NCBI GenBank assembly: GCA_947449035.1
Contig: CANFQC010000005.1
Span: 6,765 to 70,764 of the forward strand
Direction: 5' to 3'
DNA length: 64,000 nt
Source of the DNA: Actinomycetota bacterium
GTDB taxonomy: Bacteria; Actinomycetota; Actinomycetes; S36-B12
This document shows positions 28,761 through 39,247 of this stretch, one piece after another. The notes beneath the pieces were generated by a model. It ran no database searches, was not told where the DNA came from, and worked only from the letters and a program-made list of their open reading frames with translations. The position numbers and the translations under genes are program-made. Every line of letters starts with the position of its first letter. Position 1 is the stretch's first letter.

Positions 28761-31700
28761 CTACGCAAACGCCGCTTCGACGATGGCCTTCTGCTCGGCA
28801 TCGTGACGATGGTGAGCCCCGACGGCGGGGGAGGAAGACGCCGCGCGTGCAACTGCGGTGACGGGACGCTCGATGAGCTGGGGCAGGTGCATGGCAATGA
28901 AGCTCCAGGCGCCCTGGTTCATCGGTTCTTCCTGCACCCACATGACCTCGGCATCGGGGTAGCCCGCGATGGTCGGGGGGAGTGAGCGAGCCGGCAGCGG
29001 ATACAGGCGCTCGATGCGCACGATCGCAACGTCGGTGATGTTGTTCGCCTCGCGATGTGCGAGAAGGTCGTAGTAGACCTTGCCTGCGCAGAGGAGCACC
29101 TTGCGCATGCCGCCGCTGGGGTACTGCGTGTCGGGCAGCATCGGGTGGAAGTAGCCGGTGGTGAAGTCAGCCTTCTGCGACACCGCGTGCTTGGCGCGCA
29201 GCAGCGACTTCGGGGTGAACACCACAAGCGGACGCTGCACGTGCGCATTGGCCTGCAGGCGGAGCAGGTGGAAGTACGAGGCCGGATTCGATGGCATCGC
29301 AACGATCATGTTGTCCTGCGCACAAAGCTGCAGGAAGCGCTCGACGCGCGCCGACGAGTGATCGGGGCCTTGACCTTCGAAACCATGCGGAAGCAGGAGG
29401 GTCAGGCCCGACTTCTGGCCCCACTTCTGTTCGCCGGAGGAAATGAACTCGTCGATGATTGTCTGCGCGCCATCGGCGAAGTCACCGAACTGTGCCTCCC
29501 AGAGCACGAGTGCGTCAGGGCGAGCCACGGAGTAGCCGTATTCGAAGCCCATCGCCGCGAACTCGCTCAGCAGCGAGTCGTAGACATAGAGCTTCGCGCC
29601 ATCGCGGTAGCACTGCTTGAGCGGCTTGTACTGCCAGCCGGTCTCCTTGTCGACGATGACCACGTGGCGATGACCGAAGGTGCCACGACGAACATCTTGG
29701 CCGGCAAGGCGAATCGTGCGGCCTTCCATCAACAGTGATCCGAAGGCAAGCGCCTCGGCCATGCCCCAGTCAATAGTGTTGTCAGCCACCATCTGGGCTC
29801 GCTTGTGCAGCTGTGGCGCAAGGCGAGGATGAATGGTGAAGTCGGCAGGCATTTCGATCTGCGAGGTGATCACTGTTTCGATCTGCTCGTGCGTGATAGC
29901 AGTCTCGATCTCGGCAGCGAGACCCTGCGGGGCGAGCGTGTGCTGACCGGAGCTGATGATGTCTGCCGAGGAGATGCTGAACTCCTCGTGATCATCTTCT
30001 GACTTGGTCTCCTGGAAGATGCGCTCGAGCTGCTCCTGGAAGTGCTTCAAGGCCACCTCGGCCTCGTCCAGTGAGATATCGCCGCGGCCGATGAGCGCCT
30101 CGGTGTAGCTCTTTCGTACCGATCGCTTCTGGTCGATGATCGCGTACATCAGCGGCTGGGTCAGTGAGGGATCATCGGCCTCGTTGTGGCCGCGCTTGCG
30201 GTAGCACACCAGGTCAATGACGACATCCTTGTGGAATTCCTGGCGATACGCGAAGGCCAATTCGGCCACACGCACGACTGCCTCGGGGTCGTCACCGTTG
30301 ACGTGGAAGATCGGCGCCTGGATCATGCGCGCGACATCAGTGGAGTAGTACGAAGAACGGCTGTACTTGGGCGAGGTCGTGAAGCCAACCTGGTTGTTCA
30401 CGACGACATGGATGGTGCCGCCGGTGCGGTAGCCCTGAATCTGCGACATCTGCAAGGTCTCGGCAACGACACCTTGGCCGGCGAAGGCGGCATCGCCGTG
30501 CATGAGCACCGGAAGGATGTCGAAGACTCGCTCGCGGGGGAGTTGATCCTGCTTGGCGCGAACGATGCCTTCAAGCACCGGATTCACTGCCTCGAGATGC
30601 GAGGGATTCGCGGCGAGGTACACGGCAGTCTGCGCACCATCGTCAGCGACGAATGTGCCCTCAGTGCCTAGGTGGTACTTCACATCGCCGGAGCCCTGTA
30701 CGGACTCTTCGCCATAGTGACCCTCGAATTCACGGAAGATCTGCGCATAGGACTTGCCGGCGATATTCGCGAGCACATTCAGGCGGCCGCGGTGCGGCAT
30801 TCCGATCGCCACTTCGAGGATCTCGTTGTGCGAGGCCTCGATCAAGAGCGCGTCGAGCAGCGGAATCAATGACTCGCCGCCCTCAAGGGAGAAGCGCTTC
30901 TGGCCGACGTACTTGGTCTGCAGGAAGGACTCCAGTGCCTCGCCCTCATTGAGCTTGTGCAGAATGCGCAGCTGCTCAGTCACATCGGGCTTGGCGTGCG
31001 GCTGCTCGACCTGCTTCTGAATCCAGGCGCGCTGCTTGGGATCCTCGATGTGCATGTACTCAATGCCGACGGTGCGGGTGTACGAATCACGGAGCACGCC
31101 GAGAATCTCGCGAAGTTTCATGAGTGGCTTGCCGCCAAAACCGCCCGTGGCGAATTCGCGATCAAGATCCCACAGGGTCAACTTGTGGGTAAGTACGTCG
31201 AGATCGGGATGGGTGCGCTGGCGGTACTCGAGTGGATCGGTGTCGGCCATCAGGTGACCGCGTACCCGATAGGCATCGATGATCTCCTGCACGCGCACCG
31301 TCTTGTCGAGATCGGTTTCGTGGCTTGCCGAGATGTCCTGGGCCCAGCGGATGGGCTCGTAAGGTACCCGCAGGGCTCGGTAGATATCTCCGTAGAAGTC
31401 GTCGCCGCCGAGCAGCAGTTCGTGAATCCGCTTGAGGAATTCGCCTGACTGCGCGCCCTGGATGATCCGGTGGTCGTAGGTCGAGGTGAGGGTCATGATC
31501 TTCGAGACGGCATTTCGTGCGATCGACTCGGGTGAAGCGCCCTGCCACTCGGCGGGGTACTCCATCGCGCCAACGCCGATGATGCAGCCCTGGCCGGGCA
31601 TCAAGCGGGGCACCGAGTGCACGGTGCCGATGCCACCGGGATTCGTGAGCGAGATCGTGGTGCCGGCGAAGTCGTCGGCGGTCAGTGCGCCGGCGCGTGC

Positions 31701-32411
31701 CTTGCGCACTACCTCTTCATAGGCTGCCCAGAACTGGGCGAAGTCCATTGCTTGCGCGCCCTTGATCGCCGGTACGAGTAGCTGACGAGAGCCATCGGGC
31801 TTGGCAATGTCGATCGCGAGGCCGAGGTTGACGTCGGCATGTTCGACCATCACGGGCTTGCCGTCGATCTCGGCAAAGGAGCGGTTCATCGCGGGGATCT
31901 CGGCGGTGGCGCGCACGATTGCGTAACCGATGAGATGAGTGAACGAGACCTTGCCGCCGCGGCCGCGGGCGAGGTGGTTGTTGATCACGGTGCGCGTATC
32001 GATCATCAACTTGGCCGGGATCGACCGAACGCTGGTCGCCGTAGGGACAGTCAGGCTGGCTTCCATGTTCGCGACCACGCGGGCAGCTGCGCCCTTGAGC
32101 GGCACATTGATGTCATCGGCCTTCGTTGCAATAGCGGGCTTGGCCGATGCGGCCGGCGCAGGTGCGGATTCTGCCGTGGGCGCTGTGGCGGTTGGAGCCG
32201 CAGCCGAAGCCTGCGTCGGTACGGGCTGGGCGGCCACAGTCTGTGCTGCCTTGGTGGCGTGCGGTGACTGCTCTGCGGGGGTGTAGCCCTCGAAGAACTC
32301 CCACCACGCAGGGTCGACACTGTTCTTATCGGTCAGGAACTGCTGGTAGATCTCGTCTACTAGCCATTCATTGGGTCCGAATCCGGCGGCTGCTGCAGGC
32401 TCATTCGACAC
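28761..32411 (-). CDS. kgd: Multifunctional 2-oxoglutarate decarboxylase/dehydrogenase (E2-like + E1o)
   Basis: FGPNEWLVDE, STYDHRIIQGA, KRFSLEGGES, MPHRGRLN, HGDAAFAGQG, WEAQFGDF, PHGFEGQGPDHSS. Confidence 0.97.
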   Translation of the reverse strand: MSNEPAAAAGFGPNEWLVDEIYQQFLTDKNSVDPAWWEFFEGYTPAEQSPHATKAAQTVAAQPVPTQASAAAPTATAPTAESAPAPAASAKPAIATKADDINVPLKGAAARVVANMEASLTVPTATSVRSIPAKLMIDTRTVINNHLARGRGGKVSFTHLIGYAIVRATAEIPAMNRSFAEIDGKPVMVEHADVNLGLAIDIAKPDGSRQLLVPAIKGAQAMDFAQFWAAYEEVVRKARAGALTADDFAGTTISLTNPGGIGTVHSVPRLMPGQGCIIGVGAMEYPAEWQGASPESIARNAVSKIMTLTSTYDHRIIQGAQSGEFLKRIHELLLGGDDFYGDIYRALRVPYEPIRWAQDISASHETDLDKTVRVQEIIDAYRVRGHLMADTDPLEYRQRTHPDLDVLTHKLTLWDLDREFATGGFGGKPLMKLREILGVLRDSYTRTVGIEYMHIEDPKQRAWIQKQVEQPHAKPDVTEQLRILHKLNEGEALESFLQTKYVGQKRFSLEGGESLIPLLDALLIEASHNEILEVAIGMPHRGRLNVLANIAGKSYAQIFREFEGHYGEESVQGSGDVKYHLGTEGTFVADDGAQTAVYLAANPSHLEAVNPVLEGIVRAKQDQLPRERVFDILPVLMHGDAAFAGQGVVAETLQMSQIQGYRTGGTIHVVVNNQVGFTTSPKYSRSSYYSTDVARMIQAPIFHVNGDDPEAVVRVAELAFAYRQEFHKDVVIDLVCYRKRGHNEADDPSLTQPLMYAIIDQKRSVRKSYTEALIGRGDISLDEAEVALKHFQEQLERIFQETKSEDDHEEFSISSADIISSGQHTLAPQGLAAEIETAITHEQIETVITSQIEMPADFTIHPRLAPQLHKRAQMVADNTIDWGMAEALAFGSLLMEGRTIRLAGQDVRRGTFGHRHVVIVDKETGWQYKPLKQCYRDGAKLYVYDSLLSEFAAMGFEYGYSVARPDALVLWEAQFGDFADGAQTIIDEFISSGEQKWGQKSGLTLLLPHGFEGQGPDHSSARVERFLQLCAQDNMIVAMPSNPASYFHLLRLQANAHVQRPLVVFTPKSLLRAKHAVSQKADFTTGYFHPMLPDTQYPSGGMRKVLLCAGKVYYDLLAHREANNITDVAIVRIERLYPLPARSLPPTIAGYPDAEVMWVQEEPMNQGAWSFIAMHLPQLIERPVTAVARAASSSPAVGAHHRHDAEQKAIVEAAFA

Positions 32412-32513
32412 GTCCTAAGCCTACGGCAGTGCGATCGTCGTTCTGAGGTCGCCTTCGCAGCTGACAGCGGGGCATCAGGTTGCATCATCTCGTTTATCCG
32501 CAAGGCTGTCCGC

Positions 32514-33269
32514 ATGCCGAATTCTGATAGACAAGAGCCGCTCGCCGGACGTGTGGCGCTTATCACTGGCGGTTCGAGGGGTATCGGATTCGAGGCAGCT
32601 CGCAGCCTGGGTGCGCTCGGAGCAACCGTCGTCATCATCGGCGTCGACCCCCTGCGGGTTTCAGTCGCTGCCGAGACCCTGGTCTCTGAGGGAATCGACG
32701 CCGTGGGTGAATCTGCTGATGTCTCTGACGCCGGATCGATGGACTCCTTGGCCGCTCGCCTCGGGCCGCTCGCGGCACCGGACATCCTTGTGATCTCCGC
32801 GGGTGTCATGAGCGACAAGGTGTCGAAGACCCTACGCACGTCATCTGAGGAATGGGATCGGGTGATGGGTGTCAATCTCGACGGAGCTTTTCATGCGATG
32901 CGTGTTTTCGTTCCAGGCATGGCCGAGCGTCGCGACGGCCGGGTGATCACGGTCTCAGCATGCCTTGGACGCTTCAGTGGCCCGGGAACGTCAGGTGGGC
33001 TCGCTCCGTATCGAGTGAGCAAGGCAGCACTTAATGCGATGACCAAGAACCTCGCTGCCGAATTGATGAATGGCAAGCGTGGAGTGCTCGTTGACGCCAT
33101 GTGCCCCAATCACTGCCGCACAGACATGGGGGGTCCGGAAGCGCCACGATCGGCAGCAGAAGGTGCCGAGACGATCGTGTGGCTCGCCACTCGTGATGCA
33201 GTCTCGGTCGACGGAGCACCAGTTCCGACCGGCTTGCTGTGGGAGGACCGACAGGTTGTTCCCTGGTAG
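32514..33269 (+). CDS. Short-chain dehydrogenase/reductase
   Basis: TGGSRGIG, YRVSK catalytic motif, RTDMGG..APRS.AEGA. Confidence 0.92.
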   Translation: MPNSDRQEPLAGRVALITGGSRGIGFEAARSLGALGATVVIIGVDPLRVSVAAETLVSEGIDAVGESADVSDAGSMDSLAARLGPLAAPDILVISAGVMSDKVSKTLRTSSEEWDRVMGVNLDGAFHAMRVFVPGMAERRDGRVITVSACLGRFSGPGTSGGLAPYRVSKAALNAMTKNLAAELMNGKRGVLVDAMCPNHCRTDMGGPEAPRSAAEGAETIVWLATRDAVSVDGAPVPTGLLWEDRQVVPW

Positions 33270-33275
33270 CCGCGG

Positions 33276-34046
33276 CTAGGTGATGTCGCGCTTGAGAGTC
33301 GTGATCGAGGCGATTGCGCCGAGCACGATCGCATAGCCGATGAGCAGCAGGCCACCGGCCCAGGCCGAAAGCAGGCCACTAGTGGCCTCCCCCTGGCGAT
33401 AGGTCAAGTTCATGACCGCATCGAGCGCGCCGCCAGGCAGCCAAGCGGTGGTCCAGTCAACGAAAGCGCTCAGCAAAGGCTGAATCAAGAAGACGAAGAC
33501 TAAGGCGATGATGAGTGCAGCAACCTGATTGCGAATGAGTGAGCCCACGGCAACCCCGAGAATCGCGTAGATCGCGAAGCCGAGAATCACGCCGCTCAGT
33601 GTCTGCAGCGATTCCGACGGAACGATCGCCGCATGCTCCTTGCCGGAAAGAGTGATTGTGGCGAGGCTGAGCGAGACCACGAAGTTGATGATGCCGAACA
33701 CCGCACCAATGACCGCATACGCAACGGCCTTGGCGACCATGACCGGAGCCCGCCGAGGTGAGGCAAGGAAGGTTGCCGTGATGGTCATGTGCCGGTACTC
33801 GCCGGTCATGCCAATGATTCCGATGATCAGCACGAACACCGAAGCGTTGGCGCAGGAGGCCACGATGCTGTTCACGTATGCAGGCACCTGGAGCAACTGT
33901 CCACTGTTGACGAGTCGAGCGCTGGTGGGTACCAGATACACCATCAGCACCACATTCAGCGCTGTGAAGGCGATAGAGAAGGCCAGGAGCCACAACGCGA
34001 GCTTGGTCGTGAGAATCTTGCGAAACTCTGCTCTCAGCGCGTTCAT
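33276..34046 (-). CDS. ABC-2 type transporter permease
   Basis: Six TM segments, GEYRH.TI.ATFLASPRR, C-terminal KRDIT. Confidence 0.88.
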   Translation of the reverse strand: MNALRAEFRKILTTKLALWLLAFSIAFTALNVVLMVYLVPTSARLVNSGQLLQVPAYVNSIVASCANASVFVLIIGIIGMTGEYRHMTITATFLASPRRAPVMVAKAVAYAVIGAVFGIINFVVSLSLATITLSGKEHAAIVPSESLQTLSGVILGFAIYAILGVAVGSLIRNQVAALIIALVFVFLIQPLLSAFVDWTTAWLPGGALDAVMNLTYRQGEATSGLLSAWAGGLLLIGYAIVLGAIASITTLKRDIT

Positions 34047-34963
34047 GCCGCACCTCCTTCGCTCGAGGTGAGCTCAAGGAAGACGGCCTCCAGGTCGTGC
34101 TCCTGCGAGTGAAGCTGGTGCAGTTCGATGTGCTGTGCATTGGCCAGTGCACCGATCTCGGGGGCATTCATGCCGGTGACGATGAGTGCGCCAGTCGGAT
34201 CGACAGCTACCGACGCCGTTGCCGCCTCGAGTGCGTGGCGAAGTCGATCGAGTTCAGGGCTGCGCACGAGAACGCGAGCTGCCATGCCACTACTGAGATC
34301 CTCGAGTGCGCCGTAGTTCACGAGCTGGCCCTTGCGAATGATGACGACATCGTCGACGGTGAGCTGCACCTCGGAGAGCACGTGGCTCGAGACCAGGACG
34401 GTGCGACCTTCGGCCGCAAGTGAGCGAAGGAAGTTGCGGAGCCAGGCGATGCCTTCGGGGTCCAATCCGTTGGCAGGCTCGTCGAGGATGAGTACCGAGG
34501 GTTCGCCGAGCAGTGCGGTGGCAAGTGAGAGCCGTTGGCGCATGCCCAGCGAGTAGCCACCGACCTTGCGGTGACCGTCGGCGGCTAGTCCGACGAGTTC
34601 GAGTACCTCGGTCACGCGTGAGCCGGAAATTCCGGCAGATGCAGCGACGACGCTGAGGTGACCACGTGCAGTACGGCCGGGATGGAAGCCACTGGCCTCG
34701 AGCGCCGCACCGACAACATGCAACGGAGCGTGCAGTTCGCGATAGGGATGACCACCGACCAGGGTCTCGCCAGAGGTCGGGCTCACCAGGCCAAGGAGGC
34801 AGCGAAGGGTGGTGGTCTTGCCTGAGCCGTTCGGGCCGAGGAAGCCGGTGACCCGGCCCGGCTCAACGCGGAAGGAGAGATCGGAGACGGCACGCACGCC
34901 GTCACCGCGCCCGAACACCTTGGTCAGCGACCTAACCTCGAGCGCTACTGAATTCCCCGACAT
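34043..34963 (-). CDS. ABC transporter ATP-binding protein (exporter)
   Basis: GPNGSGKTT, YSLGMRQRL, LILDEPANGLDPEGI, SSH. Confidence 0.93.
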   Translation of the reverse strand: MSGNSVALEVRSLTKVFGRGDGVRAVSDLSFRVEPGRVTGFLGPNGSGKTTTLRCLLGLVSPTSGETLVGGHPYRELHAPLHVVGAALEASGFHPGRTARGHLSVVAASAGISGSRVTEVLELVGLAADGHRKVGGYSLGMRQRLSLATALLGEPSVLILDEPANGLDPEGIAWLRNFLRSLAAEGRTVLVSSHVLSEVQLTVDDVVIIRKGQLVNYGALEDLSSGMAARVLVRSPELDRLRHALEAATASVAVDPTGALIVTGMNAPEIGALANAQHIELHQLHSQEHDLEAVFLELTSSEGGAA

Positions 34964-34993
34964 AAGGGGAGAATACCCCGCTACATTCGCGCC

Positions 34994-36451
34994 ATGGTGA
35001 CAACACTGATTCCCGGAATTGACCAGTCAACGGTGACCCCTGTTCTCATTACAGGCTCCTGGAGCACCGGCTCCGGCTCCTCACTTGAGGTCCGATCTCC
35101 CTTCGATGGCGCACTCTTGGGCAAGGTGCCTGCGCTGAGCCCGGCCGAGGTTGATGCCGCCGTTGATTACGCACATCGCACCCTCGAGACGTCGCCGCTC
35201 CCGCAATGGCAGCGCGCCGAGATCCTCGATCGTGCGGCCGTGCTGCTCGCCTCGCGTCGCGAGGAGTTCGGCATCGCGATCGCCCGCGAGTCAGCCAAGC
35301 CCATCAAGACCGCGCGCGTTGAAGTTGATCGCGCCGTGAGCACCCTGCAGTTCTCTGCGGCTGTCGCACGCACGCTCGCCGGTGAGGTTGTTCCGTTGGA
35401 GGCATCTCCCGTAGGGGTCGGCAAGATCGGTTTCATCATGCGCGTACCCATCGGGGTGGTCGGCGCAATCGCACCGTTCAACTTCCCGCTCAATCTCGTC
35501 GTGCACAAGGTTGGCCCCGCAATTGCCGCAGGCTGCCCGGTAGTGCTCAAGCCCGCCTCACAGACTCCTTTCTCGTCCATCCTGCTTGCTCGTCTGCTCG
35601 AGGAAGCCGGGCTGCCTGACGGATACCTGCAGGTTGTTACCGGCGGCGGTGGAACCGTCGGAAACGCACTGGTGGATAACCCGAAGATCGCCCTGATCAC
35701 CTTCACGGGTTCCCCTGATGTGGGCTGGGGAATTCGCGCACGGGCACCTCGCAAGCGCGTGGGCCTGGAGCTCGGCAACAACGCCCCTGTCGTCATCGAG
35801 ACAGACGGGGATTGGAAGACCGCCGCGGCGAAGATCAAGATCGCGGGCTTCTCGCATGCGGGTCAGTCCTGCATCTCTACCCAGCGCATTCTGGTGCACC
35901 GATCGATCGCTGATGCATTCGTCGAGGAGCTCGTCGCGGGAGTTCGCACGCTCGTCGTCGGCGACCCGATGGATGATGCCACCGATGTCTCTGCGCTCAT
36001 TTCGCAATCAGAGCGCGATCGCGTTGCGGGATGGATTGCGGATGCAGTGGCTGAAGGCGGGTCTGTCGCATGCGGTGGCGAGATCGATGCGAGTGGCGTC
36101 CTGATGCCAACCGTGATCGTGAGCGCGAATCCGAAGATGAGCGTGTGTGCGAAGGAAGTGTTCGGCCCGGTCGTTGCAGTTCAGGTCTATGACGATTTCG
36201 ACGATGCCCTGCGCATCGCCAATGACACCGACTTCGGCCTGCAGGCTGCCGTGTTCACCGCCGACATCTCCAAGGGTCTTAAGGCCGCACGCACCCTCGA
36301 CTTCGGCGGCGTACTCATCAACGAGGTGCCCACCTGGCGCGCCGATCAGATGCCGTACGGCGGTCTACGCGACTCGGGAAACACCAAGGAAGGCCCGGCG
36401 TGGTCAGTGCGAGAGATGACCGAAGAGAGACTGGTCATACTTCACGGCTAG
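34994..36451 (+). CDS. Aldehyde dehydrogenase family protein
   Basis: PFNFP, FTGS, LELGNN, GQSCIS (catalytic Cys), EVFGP. Confidence 0.95.
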   Translation: MVTTLIPGIDQSTVTPVLITGSWSTGSGSSLEVRSPFDGALLGKVPALSPAEVDAAVDYAHRTLETSPLPQWQRAEILDRAAVLLASRREEFGIAIARESAKPIKTARVEVDRAVSTLQFSAAVARTLAGEVVPLEASPVGVGKIGFIMRVPIGVVGAIAPFNFPLNLVVHKVGPAIAAGCPVVLKPASQTPFSSILLARLLEEAGLPDGYLQVVTGGGGTVGNALVDNPKIALITFTGSPDVGWGIRARAPRKRVGLELGNNAPVVIETDGDWKTAAAKIKIAGFSHAGQSCISTQRILVHRSIADAFVEELVAGVRTLVVGDPMDDATDVSALISQSERDRVAGWIADAVAEGGSVACGGEIDASGVLMPTVIVSANPKMSVCAKEVFGPVVAVQVYDDFDDALRIANDTDFGLQAAVFTADISKGLKAARTLDFGGVLINEVPTWRADQMPYGGLRDSGNTKEGPAWSVREMTEERLVILHG

Positions 36452-37065
36452 TCGTTCATGCCGATCAGTTGCTCAATCTTCGACAGGAGTTGGGGCACAC
36501 GGTCGGCAGGGATCATCCCTTGAAGCGCGAGCGTGGCGAGCCCGTGCAGGGTGGCCACGAAGACATCCTCGGAGTCGTCGCGTACTGCGGCGTTCATACC
36601 TCCGGTGCTGACGAGATCGTTGAGAAGTGCGGAGAGAATCGGAACCGAGCCGTCGTCGGTAGTGGGAACACCCGGCTTGTCGAGGCAGTAAGGGCTAAAG
36701 GCCACCCGAAAGAGTTGCGGGTGTGAGAGTGCGAAGGACACATAGGCCTGGCCAGCGGCGCGAAAGCGCAGCCGTGCGGCCTCCTTGGTGCCGGCAGGGA
36801 TCGCCTCAACCTCTGCGCTCACTGCGACCACGAGTTGGCTGAGTCCTTGTACTGCGACTTCACCGAGTAGGGCGTCTTTGTCGGCGAAGTGGTGATACGC
36901 CGCGCTGGGGCTGACGCCTACTTCGGCAGCGACTGCCCGCAAGGACACGTGTTCGGCGCCGACTTCCTCGACCCGGGCCACCGCCGCGCTCACCAGCGCC
37001 GACCGGAGGTCACCGTGGTGGTAGCTGCGGCCGGCGTGCTCGGGGGCCTGGACGGAAGTGCTCAC
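36448..37065 (-). CDS. TetR/AcrR family regulator
   Basis: YHHGDLRSAL, SLRAVAAEVGVSPSAAYHHFADK; C-terminal LHG. Confidence 0.93.
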   Translation of the reverse strand: MSTSVQAPEHAGRSYHHGDLRSALVSAAVARVEEVGAEHVSLRAVAAEVGVSPSAAYHHFADKDALLGEVAVQGLSQLVVAVSAEVEAIPAGTKEAARLRFRAAGQAYVSFALSHPQLFRVAFSPYCLDKPGVPTTDDGSVPILSALLNDLVSTGGMNAAVRDDSEDVFVATLHGLATLALQGMIPADRVPQLLSKIEQLIGMND

Positions 37066-37202
37066 CGCTCCAGTGTGCCATGAAACTTGATGATGTTCAG
37101 ATTGACGGTCCCATGGCTACACTCGGGGAAGTGCCTGCTGGCAGGAAGACTGACGGCGCACGAACCTGCGTGAAGCCCCGCAGGCTCATGAAAGGCCCGC
37201 GG

Positions 37203-38570
37203 ATGACCGCCGACGTAGGACGCATGCATCAGTTCAACCCTGAGATGACCGATCTCATCCTGGAATTCGTGAGAGATCGCCTCTCACTCGAGGAAACCCC
37301 GGTCGACGGGCTCGGAGTTCGCTCTGAGCTCCACGCCGCCCTTGATGGCCTGATGACCGATGAGGGCAGGCCGGCCGAAGAGGTCCTCGGCCTGTATGTC
37401 GACCAGATTGCCGACACGATCCTTTCTGCCGACAGCCCACGATTTTGGGCATTCATTCCGGCCGCCCCGACCAAGGCGGCACTGCTCTTCGACATGGTTG
37501 TATCCGCGGCTTCGCTGCAGGGCTGCTCGTGGCTTGAGGCGGCAGGCGCAGTGGCCGCCGAGAACCAGGCACTGCGCGTGATGATGGACGCCGCCGGGCT
37601 GCCGCAGTCTGCAGGCGGTGTCTTCGTTTCCGGTGGCTCCGCAGGCAACCTCTCTGCACTCGTGGTTGCGCGCGATACCGCTCGACGCAAACGGGCAGCA
37701 GCGGGCATCCCAGATGGTCGACTTCGCGTGCTCGTCAGCGATCAGGCGCATTCCTCGATCAAGAATGCGCTCAACATCGTGGCGATGGACGCAGTCGTGA
37801 TTCCGACGGCAACCGGGCGGCTTGATGCCGAGGCCCTCGCCACGGTCACTGACGAACAGCTCGACGACGTCGTCGCCATCGTGGCGACTGCCGGTACGAC
37901 GAATGCCGGAATCGTCGACGATCTGGAATCTGTCTCAGCGTTCGCCCGAAGTCGCGGAATCTGGATGCATGTCGATGCGGCCTACGGTGGAGCAGGCTTG
38001 CTGGCTTCAAGTGTGCGACATCTGTACGCAGGAATCGAGAACGCCGACTCGATCGTGATGGATCCGCACAAGTGGTGGTTCGCGCCCTTCGACTGCGCGG
38101 CGCTGATGTACCGCGAGCCACGACTCGCACGTGCTGTGCACACCCAGGATGCCTCATATCTCGATGTCATCCATGAGAGTGACGATGACTTCAACCCGAG
38201 TGATCTCGCCTATCACCTCACTCGACGCGCTCGTGGTCTCGCACTGTGGTTTTCCCTCGCCGTCAACGGCCTCGACGCCTATCGAGAAGCCGTGGAGCAT
38301 TCGATCGCGATGGCCGGATTCGCCTCGCAGGTCATCACCGAGAGCGATCATCTGGAGTTGGTCCGTGAGCCCGGTCTCTCCGTGGTGCTCTTCCGGCGCC
38401 CTGGCTGGGGTGTTGCCGAGTACAACTCTTGGGCCCAGCGATTGCTGAGTGAGCAGATCGCCTTCGTGGCGCATAGTTCCTGGCGCGGTGAACCCGTGGG
38501 TCGACTCGTGTTCCTGCATCCGAACACCACGGAAGCCATGGTCCGCGAGGTTCTCGAGACCCTCCGCTAG
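37203..38570 (+). CDS. PLP-dependent group II amino acid decarboxylase
   Basis: VSGGSAGN, HSS, TAGTTNAG, WMHVDAAYGG, DPHKW; start moved to MTADV. Confidence 0.92.
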   Translation: MTADVGRMHQFNPEMTDLILEFVRDRLSLEETPVDGLGVRSELHAALDGLMTDEGRPAEEVLGLYVDQIADTILSADSPRFWAFIPAAPTKAALLFDMVVSAASLQGCSWLEAAGAVAAENQALRVMMDAAGLPQSAGGVFVSGGSAGNLSALVVARDTARRKRAAAGIPDGRLRVLVSDQAHSSIKNALNIVAMDAVVIPTATGRLDAEALATVTDEQLDDVVAIVATAGTTNAGIVDDLESVSAFARSRGIWMHVDAAYGGAGLLASSVRHLYAGIENADSIVMDPHKWWFAPFDCAALMYREPRLARAVHTQDASYLDVIHESDDDFNPSDLAYHLTRRARGLALWFSLAVNGLDAYREAVEHSIAMAGFASQVITESDHLELVREPGLSVVLFRRPGWGVAEYNSWAQRLLSEQIAFVAHSSWRGEPVGRLVFLHPNTTEAMVREVLETLR

Positions 38571-38579
38571 GTTCACTCC

Positions 38580-39233
38580 ATGCTCGAGGTCATTCCGCTT
38601 GGTATCGCTGCCGCGATCACCCCTGGCCTGATCGCGCTTCAGATCATCGTGGTCTCCGGACCTAAGTGGGGAGTCCGCGCTGCCGCAGTGTTCGTCGCGA
38701 ATGCTCTGGCGTTCTCCATCGTCGCCGCCCTCCTCCTCCTCGGCCTGGCGCAGCTGCCCGATGCCGGCTCAGGTCAGGGGAGCCATTCCTATCCGGTGAT
38801 TCGCATCATCGCGGCGGTCATCTTGTTCCTGATCGCGATCTTCTTCCTGATTCCCCATCCTCAGCTGTTGGCAAAGTCGAAGGGCATGCTGCAAGGAGTC
38901 GAGGGCAGGGCTAAGCCCTGGGAGTTTGCGGCGTTGGCCTTCTACTTCAGCATCACCGACCTGTCGAGCTTCGCCGTCATGGCACCTGCGATGCACGACA
39001 TCACGGTGTCCTCGGCCGATCTGATCATTCAGGCCGTCTTTGTCGCGATCTTCTTCGCGTTCGCGCTGATGGCCACATGGACTCCGCCCGCAATCCGATT
39101 ACTTCTCGGATCACGGGCGGAGGGAGTGCTGTCGCCGATCTATTCGTTTGTGCTGAACCGGCAGTTCCAGATCCTGGCCGCCATGTGCGCGGTCTTCGGG
39201 ATCTACCTGCTGATCACAGGTCTCACCGCGTAA
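38580..39233 (+). CDS. GAP/Sap-like (LysE superfamily) membrane protein
   Basis: N-terminal IPLGIAAAITP motif; 6 TM segments. Confidence 0.65.
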   Translation: MLEVIPLGIAAAITPGLIALQIIVVSGPKWGVRAAAVFVANALAFSIVAALLLLGLAQLPDAGSGQGSHSYPVIRIIAAVILFLIAIFFLIPHPQLLAKSKGMLQGVEGRAKPWEFAALAFYFSITDLSSFAVMAPAMHDITVSSADLIIQAVFVAIFFAFALMATWTPPAIRLLLGSRAEGVLSPIYSFVLNRQFQILAAMCAVFGIYLLITGLTA

Positions 39234-39247
39234 CGGGTCAGTGCCGA

